Shown here: positions 1 through 12,370 of the stretch, one piece after another
Position numbering within the stretch: position 1 is the stretch's first letter
How the letters are laid out: each line of letters begins with the position of its first letter
Assembly (NCBI GenBank): GCA_010093815.1
Contig: ML996577.1
Source of the DNA: Pseudovirgaria hyperparasitica
Taxonomy: Eukaryota
Reading direction: 5' to 3' (one strand)
Length of the DNA stretch: 64,000 bases
Notes under the pieces: generated by a model
What the model saw: the letters and a program-made list of their open reading frames with translations, nothing else
The model's database searches: none
Told to the model about the DNA's origin: nothing
Translations under genes and position numbers: made by a program

Positions 1-43
1 TAGAGAGTTTATCACTGACGCTACGCAGAATCTACTCGTCACC

Positions 44-1377
<1,334 letters not shown>

Positions 1378-2706
1378 GAATCAGGACAGATCCAAGACAC
1401 TACCTTGTCTAGCAAGCTTTAAACCATCAGTATCGAGCGAGAGCTCGGCCACTGCGTGCCCATATGAATCATGATAGATGTCAACTCCTCTCGACTATAG
1501 TAAACCCAAAAATCGAGTTGTAATAACTACTGGAAAGTAAACAAAATGAAATAACATAGTAGAACCTGTCGAGACTGTCCTCTGATACTTCTGTTGTTCG
1601 AGTTTAATATTCCACTGTTCTCATGCACAAGCTCTTGACAAAATAATAAAATCCAGAATCCTGCATGACTTAGCAATACAGATCTGTCCTCGGTCATCCG
1701 ACTGAATCTTTACCAACGTCTTCGATGCGCCAAGAAATTGGAGAGATGATAGGGCCATAGATCTCTGGTGCGAACCACAAGAAAAATGTTCCCAGTTATA
1801 ATAAGTGCATACCGATGTAGTAAGCATTGAGTCGGAAGTAGTTAGCGTGTCTCAGCCACATTCTTCCAGGTTGCCCGCAAGCCATATCTGTAAATTATCC
1901 GGAGATCATCCACCTCACCAGATTCGATTGTGAGCTCACCTTGAAGCTGTTTATCATCAATCTAATATTACGTTCATACCGACGTGAAGCTTTCTCCCGA
2001 TACTCACACGTCTAGAATTTCTGCATACCCTGGACCTTATCCGACGACCGAGTGGACGCACAGTTCTTCATCCATATCTTAGACACGTTCCGTAACTTCA
2101 ATTACCAGTGAGCGGCTTGAATCAACAGACCGGGTTTGGATAGTGGATGTACTGAAGCTGCGCAAGCTATCATCGCATTTAACAGATTTCCGGATAACTT
2201 GATCGCATACGGCATACTAGGTTAGGACACTCATAGCGCAACCAAAGGTTAATGAAAGGTAAAGGTCAGTGTCACGTTCTTTCATTTCGCTGATCGGGCT
2301 CCTGTGTTGTAGAGCGCTCTTGTTCAAATGCTTCATTGCGGCTTCACTATATGTCTTATGTGGGATGTTCGAATTTTGTTCCTGCAAATGTGCCTGTCTA
2401 TATCTGGCTGTTCCTTCTCTCGTCCACCATAAGAAATGTCACTAGGAGCACATGGTCGCTCCAGGTATATGCCACTACATATTATGGACACAAGTCCAGC
2501 TTTGTTCTTTCATGTTTCTGCCTCCATCGCTTCTGATCAATGTCATTTGGTCACTACATCGATGGTTTCTGCCTGCTATTCGACACAACCCAGCTGTTAA
2601 CATATCTGCGTATAGTGTTTGCGGCAAGATGCCCCCAACGATACTAACTGAACCTAGAATGCTTTTCTGATAAAAATATCATCCACCTCAGGTGGCAGAA
2701 ATCAAC

Positions 2707-5592
2707 ATGGAAGACGATTCCGAGATGACTGATTATGCTGGGACTATCATCAATACCACAGAGCTGGGCGATCCCCTAAACCCAGTTATTTTTGACGACA
2801 ATAACGATCTGGTCCAAATGTCGATGCGACAGTCTCGAATACCAATCTTAGATTCCGAACACGTCCATTCTACCTCTCATCTTGGACAGTGGCCTACTGC
2901 GTCAAGTTCATTGCATGCAGGTTCTGGAGATGATGGATCTAGCTCGGATGAAGAGCGTGACGCTTCACCACATGTATTGATACAACCGAAACCCAGGGCT
3001 CCGAATCGGCCCAGATCGAGTCTACCGAGCGGTGTTGTTTACGATGCGAGGATGCGGCACCATGAAGAGTACATGTCCTCGATGGAGGATAATACACCTC
3101 ACCCAGAGAACTCAACCCGCATCCTTGCTATATGGAAAACACTCGCCCAAAAGAAGCTAGTACAGCACGACGTTTACTATCCACATCCAGATCCGCAGGA
3201 CCATCTGCTAGCTCGTGTCGACGCTAGATATGCTCTCAAGAGTGAGATATGCCTAGTCCATGAGAAGCAGTATTACCGAAGAGCCAAAAGCTGGCAGAGT
3301 GAGTTGGCACCATAAGTATGTGGGACTGATAGATTGACCTACGGCTCTAGACCTTACAGAATCCGAATTAGTAATGATCGGAAAACGCGATTTGGAGTCA
3401 ATCTATCTACACCAAACCACGTTCAGCGTTGCTCGCCTTGCAGCGGGAGGTACTATTGAGATCTGTCGTCAAGTTGTGGCAGGAAACCTCAAAAATGGTA
3501 TAGCAGTTGTGCGTCCCCCTGGCCACCACGCCGAACCGCAAGTAGCCAGTGGCTTCTGTATCTTCAACAATGTAGCAATCGCTGCGAGGGTCTGTCAACA
3601 ACATTTTCCAGCGACGTGTCGAAAGATCTTGATTCTGGACTGGGATGTTCATCATGGAAACGGCATACAGAAAGCATTCGAGAACGATCCAAACGTGTTG
3701 TACATCTCACTACACGTTTATCAGAATGGCTTGTTCTATCCAGGTGGCACTTACGGAGATGAAAATCATTGTGGGGAAGGGCCAGGTCTAGGCTACAACG
3801 TTAACATCCCTTGGATGACCCATGGTATGGGAGACGGAGACTACCTCTTGGCTTTTCGAGAAATTGTAATTCCCATAGCCGAGGAGTTCAACCCTGATCT
3901 TGTCATCGTCGCTGCTGGCTTCGACGCTGCAGAAGGAGACACCTTAGGGAGATGCCATGTATCACCAGCAGGCTACGCTCAAATGACTCATTCGTTGACC
4001 AAGTTTGCGAACGGGAAACTTGTAGTTGTTCTTGAGGGAGGATATACCCTCCCTTCTATTGCTAAGTCAGCTCTTGCTGTAACACAGGTACTGATGGACG
4101 GCGAAGTAGATCGAGCAGCAAACCCAGATCCGCAACCTACTGCGTCTGGTCGAGCTGTGGTCGAGCTCGTGAAACGGAAACAAGCCAAATACTGGAAATG
4201 CATGTATCCGAAACCAATAGAGCCAGCTGGATCTCCTGGCGCTCGAAGTGATCGGATTCACGATGTAATTCGCGAATGGCAAGCGTACAGGTTTTTCAAG
4301 GATTATAGCATGACGCCATTGATGATTCTCCGTCAAGGTGTATCAAGGACATACAATTCTCAGGTTTTGGCTACGTTTGTACATCCCGATCCGTCTCGAG
4401 CAGGCAAGTGGCTAACGCGGCGGTATAGACCCGGTTACGACCAGAAAAAGCCGCTTCTGGTGATATTTCACGATCCGCCTGGTGCAGAAACTATTATCGA
4501 CCCAAGGAACGGGCGCCTAGATTGGCATAACACATTCATGGTATTTCCTTTTTCTCGGGGCTAGGCGACATATCACTAACTATTACAAACTAGACTGATG
4601 AAACCAAGGCTTACATCGAGTGGGCTATCAACCAAGACTTTGAGGTAATAGACGTGAATGTTCCAAAGTACATCACCGGGTCCGACGTAAGTAGCTGAGC
4701 ACATCCTATGCCCACGAATTGCAGGTCTTCGCTCGACTGAACGAACCCGTCGGACGACGCTGATGCTACCTCGAAGGACAACCCTGATTATCAGGATGCT
4801 GACGACGAGGATCTCAAAAAGCTGTGGCGGGCTGATCTTCGAGAACTCTCGATTTATCTCTGGGTGAACTATATTCAGTACGTCTATGTCTGATCCTGTC
4901 GTTGATCTGTACTGAGCGTGCTCCAGGTGCGCGGAGACAAACCATGTGTTCTTTCTAGGCATAGGTGAAGCTCACTTCGGAGTCATAGATCTCATTGCAA
5001 GTCAAGGTACAAATCACATAGATGCTTTTGTATCTTGTTGCTTGAAAGCTGACTTTCGACTCCAGAGGGTAGTGAAGACTACATCAAACATGTATTCACC
5101 TTCATCGAACATAATCATATGGTGGCGATGAGACGGCCCACAGATGACACCATAAATGGGTGGTTTCTTAGACACTCTTCTGTTTACATTGAGCACAACC
5201 ACCTCGCCTGGGACAGACCACCTAAGAAGCTACGTAGATACGGGAACTGTATACGGTCAGACAAGACGACAATGAACGAAATGCTTGTACAGCACAGGTC
5301 TGATATTCAGGACGTACTCCTGGGGGAGACTGCAGACTGGCGGAAGGAGCAAGAACTCAACAAGTCGAAGGCCAGCCAGCTAGGTGTAAGAACCCCCTTA
5401 ATTCGTCGCGGCTCTGCACAGAGAACTGGAACCCCAGTTCATTCAGAGCCCATGGACAGCAATAATCAGTCTCGAGCAAGCAACGGCAGCCCTGTCATGT
5501 CAGGTACGGACGCGTATGAGAGAGTAGTCCGAAGTCCAGCCAAACTACCACAAGTCGGGATGTTCTCAACAAGCCCTCGGAAGAAACTTTGA
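2707..5592 (+). CDS. hda1: Class II histone deacetylase (Hda1/Clr3 family), multi-exon
   Basis: GVVYDARMRHH, RPPGHHAE, GFCIFNNVAIAA, DWDVHHGNG, AAGFDAAEGD and LEGGY motifs; downstream exons resemble the Arb2-like C-terminal region (LLVIFHDPP). Confidence 0.92.
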
Positions 5593-6137
5593 AGATGGGT
5601 GAAGGCGCAGCACGTCGTGGTGATCTCCTAGTCCTTCTAGCAGTTCGCGAACGTGTTACCGCATCCGTGTCTGTTGGTATTACATCACCTGATTGGCCGT
5701 GATATCAATCATGATATTCATAACTTCTGTTCCGTGGATAGCAGAACTCCTGATGTTCGTTGAATTTTGGATCCCTCATGGATCAGAGACGTATAGTCTT
5801 AGGTATGCATATAATTTTACGTTCTATATTTGGTGTCTCGCGCGAGGTTATTGCACTTGTGCTCTGTCGCTAGAGTTCACTCGCTCAATCTGACTGCATC
5901 GCGGAGTCTTTTTGCTCTCGGATCTCTCATAAGGCAATCTGTTAGTGACCTTGACATTTGTTGTCCTTCCGCCTTCCACACGCCCATGGCGCTCTTGGCC
6001 TAGATATTTTGGAAGGCACGCGAAAATGCTTTCATCACCCGCAGCTTCGCAGTGCGTCCGCGTTTTGGGTTCACACGAGATCGCTGCGAGATCGCCACGT
6101 ATTCTATTGAGATTGTACGAGTAGTCATATTTACACC

Positions 6138-6983
6138 ATGAGGTATGAAACCAGTGAAGATGGCAACTTCTATGTACTGACATAACTACTAAGAGAGTCA
6201 GAATGTGCCCCCCAGTCGAGCCCGGAATGTGAAGAGGTTTCCAGCACCATTGCTTCTGCTGGCTGCGGACATGGACTCGTGCTGTCTGCTCGCTCGAGCA
6301 GACTCCCAAACATTGGACTTTTAGCGACTATCGGTATTCGCTGTCGCGAGGATCCTTCAGATGAGATCAAAATTGTTCCCCTGCGACGGGTGAATACAAT
6401 CGAAGTAAGCATACCATATGAACTCACGCAGAATTTCTAAGCATTGTAGGCGTTCCGCACAGCGGCCCGCAAGCTGTTCTTCCGAACAAGAAGCATGAAC
6501 TACGTTAGGGTCTATATCGAAGGCCAGGTAGTCGCTGACGAGTACTGGCTCGATCTGCTTCGCGTTGGTCGCGTCTACGTAGTCTCATTCGTTCCTGCTA
6601 TCAGGGTTCTCTTTTCACCAAGATTCAAACCAGGAGCGCCTCGAAGTTCAATGATCAAAGTACCTTACAAGATGTCGGTCTGGGAGCTCCGAGGTAGAAT
6701 CCATTCATACATCAGCCAGCGAGATGAGGCACCACCTATCGAACAGCTGACCCTATTAAATACATTCGATAAGAATGCTGACGAGAGGAGCATTGTCATG
6801 GAGGATATGGAAATGCTTTCAGCACATGTTACGCTCGCAGAAGGAATTTGCTATATTGCAACTTTCTGGAAGGATATGCCTCAACAGAATCTTGACAAGG
6901 CCCAGTGGTTTTCTGGAAATCCGCACGGCGTTGAGGATGTCGATCAAGCTCAGACCAAACGTCCAGCATCTCCATGCCTCTAG
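6138..6983 (+). CDS. Hypothetical protein with ubiquitin-fold-like domains (paralog A)
   Basis: ATG 6138, predicted introns 6143-6193 and 6405-6449 join an open frame into ORF 6495-6983. Aligns by eye with the neighbouring gene; MSVWELRGRIHSYI..PPIEQLTLL resembles a ubiquitin beta-grasp segment. Confidence 0.6.
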
Positions 6984-7440
6984 ACGTTTCAGGGGTTGGT
7001 TGCGAGTGCGTACCAGTGCGATAATGTCAGGGTATACTGCCCAATCTACTGTAATCATAATATCAAAGAGGTGTACTCAGGTCTTCTTGAGCCATGATTC
7101 CTCGATTCTCAGTACATAGATGGCATGTTGTTATGTGAAGATATGCAGCCGATAATGCTGTCTATGCAAAAAGAGTACTTACGAACATGTGGCCCGCTTC
7201 AGGCATCTTCATGAACTACTCATGTACACAAAGAGCTCTGAGTCGTCGATTATACTCCGGGTAATCTGGGTAATCTAGACATTTCGCGTCAGAGGTAACA
7301 GTCACTTGAGATCTTGCGATTCACTGCCATTCTTCTACTCACCTTGGTCACCACTCCTGCGATCTTCGCCAAGCGTCCCCCTGCTTCCTACCATATCTCT
7401 TACTACTACATATCTGTCCTCATCTTTATCTGGCCTCGTC

Positions 7441-8302
7441 ATGGTCTCTACTCCAGGCAACGCGCGCGTCGCCAATTCTCAAATCAACGAAACTTCGTCG
7501 CACGGACAGTCTATCATCATCAAGGATGAAGAATCCGACCATGAACCTACCACTGTTGCCCCACAGATTATCTCCGTATATTGTTATGCAGACCCTCGGA
7601 CCACATTCAAAACAATCCCACTGCACATGGCGCGTTCATGGGATGCAAGTCTTTCCCTCAATCGCGGGCCCCCGCATAGCTTTACGTTCACTGCTGATCC
7701 ATGCCCAGGGTTTCGCTGCAACCGTCTCAAGTCTCTACTCGCTCACCACGCAGTCTATAACCGTGTCTCTTGATGGCGACGTCATCGATCCTTCTCTCTG
7801 GCACTTCTTCATCGTCCCTGGCGAGGCTTACTGTCTGCGCTTCGTGCCCACGGTTACGCTCAAAGTCGTTGTTACGGAGGAGCTTAGTCTGATGCGTAAG
7901 GGTGCCAACGGGAAGATGATGCGGGGCTGGACGGTCGACTCCTGGGCACTGGACAAGAATATCTGGGAGACCAAGTATGTGCTTGCCAAGAGACTGGCCG
8001 AGGGCGGATGTAATATCGGCGCGGAGGGGCTGGCGTTGGTGTGGTGGGTCGAGGGGGGCGGAAGAGCGGCTGTGTCATCGAAGACGATCGCTGAGAGGCA
8101 GAAGGTTGCGGATTGGAAGAGTGCCAATGGGCTTGGAGGTACAGTGGCACCAGTAGCAAAGGGAAAGGAAAAGGAGAAGGACGACGATGTTATGAAGATC
8201 AGGGGCTTGGAGGGAAAGACGACGATCGAAGAGGTCTTGGACACACTGGGATGTGGAGTTGGTGCGTGTGAGAAGCTCACTGTGGAACTTGGACGGAAGT
8301 GA
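7441..8302 (+). CDS. Hypothetical protein with ubiquitin-fold-like domains (paralog B), GC-AG intron
   Basis: ATG 7441; intron 7645-7708 (GCAAGT...CTGAT...CAG) joins ORFs 7306 and 7526 in frame giving IPLHMARSWDGFAATV...DGDVIDPSLWHFFIVPG, resembling a fungal ubiquitin-like domain. Confidence 0.65.
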
Positions 8303-9175
8303 GAGGGCCTGTGAAGGTCTACATGAACTTCCTCGATCATGTTTGCTTGGAGGGTCTATGATGAGCTGCATGCGAGAGAGAAGTGATTTGTAGCTTCAAC
8401 GCTGGGATAGAGGTCATATCAAGACCGTAGCACACGATAATACGATCGAATAAGAGAAAGACTATCATGAAGCAGAATTCGCATGATTGCAAGCTATCCA
8501 GATCTAAATCGTGAGGCAAGCTTGATGGAGGGTGCGAAGATCAGCCATGAGTTGGAATATGAATGCCAAAAAAAAATTTAGGACTTGAACACCAGGACAA
8601 AGTACAATCATATGATCAATACCTTTCCTCTATAATAAAGAATGAGGCTAGGTTTACTCGAAATTTTATAGTTGCCAGTTCAGTGGGCTGGTAGTAGCCA
8701 TTGCTCGATAGTCAATAGGGACACAAAGGTCTGACAAAACCAAGAAGGGCTCTACGATTATTTCGATGATATCTCATCCCCAATGACATAATACACCCGG
8801 CGTGTAAGAAGATTCTATATAAACAATGCCAAAGTAAGAAGTCGAAGCGCACTAGTCCATATCCAGCCAACATGGCACTTATCATCTTTAGTCAACAAGG
8901 GAACATGACATTATGTCGTCCCAATGTAAGAATCTACTCACGTTCGCTCGTACGGAAGTACTACTATTGTTTCTTAGAATACAAGTTATCAGCTTTGATG
9001 CCTTAAGAGAAAAAGAAATATGTAGCTGACAGAGTTGCTGCGCCTCCACCAATCTCGATCATGGGGCCACGTCGCCAAAAGTTACGGACCGCACATAGAT
9101 AATATATTGTATTATCCACAATATCACGGGAGCGCATACCTGGGTGTCTAGTACCCGAATGTAATCATTCGCACG

Positions 9176-11520
9176 ATGGGTCTATGTCAAGTTTGCAAAG
9201 CGCTTGACATTGCTCTTCTACTACGGGGGCATAGCAGGAACGCGAACGCCACTATACCATTCCATGCAGATCTCTTCTACGTCAGACGATCTGCAAGCAA
9301 TGGCTGTGGCCTTTGTAAGGCGTTATGGACAGAATTCAGTCAGAAGCCGTCTTGCTGGCAGGATGGCCAGCTCGGTCCACAGTTGAAGGGATCGAATCTC
9401 ATAATCACTTGCCTGAGGGCTGCAGTTCTGTATATTAGGGTGCCTGGTGTCTCGCCAGCGCCCTGGGCTGTGCTTCAGCTTCTTCGAGACGGACGTGAGT
9501 AGATCAGGTACTGCTTTGAAGTTGCTAACGTCCTATTCTAGGTCTGGAGTACGATTCTGAGCCAACATCATTGGTCCCATTTGCTGGGGTTGATAAGGAT
9601 CCAACTTCTGGTCTCAAGTTTGCTAGTGCATGCCTAAAAGAATGTGGTCAACACCACTCAGAGTGCGAAAGTAACTTCTCGGCGCCAGATCGATTGCTCG
9701 CAGTGGGAAACATATCCCGCGACCCTCACCTTGTCTCGTTACAGTCTCGTCAAGATAACATAGGTGTAAAATGGGCAGCGCTGAGCTACTGCTGGGGTGA
9801 TGCTGTTGAGCCTATGGTGAAGCTAGATTCTGACAACCTGTCTAAACTTGAGAAAGGTGTTCCGTTGGAAGACTTTGATGCTACCATCCGGGATGCTATC
9901 ATTGTTACACGCAAGTTGGATATCCCATACCTTTGGGTGGACTCGCTGTGTATCATACAACAACACGGTTCGTCCGACTGGTTCGAACAATCTTCACGAA
10001 TGAATCAAATTTACGGCGGGTCCTACGTAACGATAGCAGCTCTGGATTCTACCTCGGTGAAGGAAGGCTTCCTCAAAGAACGTAACATTGTAGACATTGG
10101 TCTAGAGTGGAAGCGTAAGCAAAGCGGTCATAAATATCGTAGTGTGACGCAAAGACAACCGCTGCTTGTCTCTACATCAGTTGCGCAATGTGATCCAGAA
10201 GGCCCGCTCCTGAGGAGAGGCTGGACAATGCAGGAATCACTGATGCCTAACCGTATTATCTTCTTCTCTGCACAAGGAGTAACATGGACCTGCCAGAAAT
10301 GCGTCAAGACCGAGTCAGGCGATAGCGTTACACCATTGGATGACGTACTTGAGCAATGGAAACATACAGCATCGGATCCAGGCGACATCTGGGGTTATGA
10401 CCTCTACACAAAGTTCAAACTATTCTCGTGGCAGCTTGGAATACGCGCCAACAATCCTGGGGAGAGGTTTCGTCTGTGGTGGCAGATCATTGAGCAGTAC
10501 AGTCCTCGCTCATTCACGAAAATGTCCGATAGACTCATAGCGATCTCAGGCGTCGCTAGTCTGTATGCCGACATGGCAGAACTCGGTGATGGACACACTT
10601 CCTACTACGCTGGAATCTGGAAATGGGATATTCCTTGCGGGCTCTGCTGGCGATGTCCGGAACAGCTTCTCTCTCCAGAACGACCTGAACTAAGAGACAT
10701 GGACACATATTTTCCATCCTGGAGCTGGGCAAGCGCACCGAAAAATGCCATAGTGTACAATGGTCTCGCAAACGAGTACTTCAGATCTATGTCTCGACTT
10801 GTTAATATCAAAGTCGAGCTTTCTGACCCTTCGAATCCATTTGGATCGGTCAAAAGTGGTCAAGTAGTCGTGGAAGGCCCCCTGATGTCTCTCACGGCAC
10901 TCTTCAACTCACGATGGAAAGATGATTATGCACCAATGTCTAGCCTGGAACGATGCATAGCTTCCAAGATTGATCATGAAAAAAGGAGCCGCCAACTTCA
11001 ATCATCACTCAAGGATGAACAGCCAGATCAGTTCGTAGCCATGATTTTGGGCCAAGCGTTCCATGAGCAGATGAATGCTATGGGCGTGATCACATCTGGT
11101 TTGGAGAGGGTACAACTGACTAACACTCCACTCATGAGCCCTGTACCTTTAGCACCGTCAATTTATACAAATCTCATTGTACTCATCTTACGCAAAGCAG
11201 GCACGGATTCAGACAACCAACAGCTCTATATGCGCCATGCTTTGATTAATATCAACACCGTCGCGTGGGACAAGCTATCAACTGGGATCCCCCTTGATGA
11301 CTACTGGACGAATCTGGAAAATGAGTTTGCGTCGTTCGATCCCTCATTTAAGAATGCATTCAAGAATGCTGAACAACGTGATCGTCCATTCTTGCTCGCT
11401 GTAAGAGAAGCAGCACCGAAGCAGATGCCAAAAGAGTTCTTGCCGCATCGTCTGAATGGCAATGTCATTGAGGATTATCGGAGGAAGCCTTGGCCGCTAG
11501 GGACGGTGACGATTGTGTGA
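9176..11520 (+). CDS. HET-domain (heterokaryon incompatibility) protein, 2 exons
   Basis: N-terminal CxxC...GCGLC exon, intron about 9495-9541, then WAALSYCWG, YLWVDSLCIIQ, DW...MNQIY, RRGWTMQE, DRLIAISG and FPSWSWAS motifs typical of HET proteins. Confidence 0.92.
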
Positions 11521-12370
11521 AGAGTACGATACGCGCACGCGAGGTCGAGATACATGTTATAGGCGTTCCTAGTCATTAGCAAGCAAAACAGTACACCTCT
11601 CTCTCTGGTCTGGTCTCTCTTTTTCCATTCCTTCAGGAGAAGATGCACTACAGACTGCTCTTTGAACTCCATCGAGTTTCTGAAAGTCTTAAAATGCTTT
11701 ATGGTTCGTCTCCAGATTCATTCCTGGCTCTGGCATGATCCTGTGGATCTGAGGAGAAACCAGAGATCTAACATGATGCTGTTTGTCTCAATGACTGCAA
11801 ACTCTGTCCAGTGATGTGTATGACGCCAGTAAAGCGGGAGACATATCCTCCAGAGTGCCTTGCCTTGCCAGTCAAGGCACTGAGTATAGTAGTGCCTAAT
11901 TGGCGGTGCGACATGCTGGTGTAAAAAGAAACATCGTAAAGGCATAAGCCAACTGTTTCGTGACCAGAAGGAGCTCGAAGTGTACTTAAGAATACTTCAA
12001 GCGTCTGCATGTATCGCTTTCGGATAATTTAATCATGTCAGTGTTCATTAATTTCGCCTCAGGTCAGTCAAAGACCACACAATACCGGAAAGCCAAGGCG
12101 ATTTTCGGCTCATGCATATTCTGAATCGTAAGAACTTCAGAGCTTAGGCGTAAGCTCTTCCATACGTCTTCTATTGACTTCGAATATCCTTCACACCCAG
12201 CCTTATTTTATAAGTCTGCCATTACAATTACTAAACACCTGAGAATGAGGGACACAAAGACATCATGATAGGTACCATTGACAGTGGAAGTGACCGACAG
12301 TAGGCCAATAGGAAAGCAGATACATACAGACAGCTTCTGTGCTCTACCCTCTCAGACAATCTCATTAACA

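Noticed and set aside
5578..5592. Hda1 C-terminus RKKL as a possible PTS1
   Set aside because: KKL is non-canonical and the protein family is nuclear; more likely part of a basic patch.
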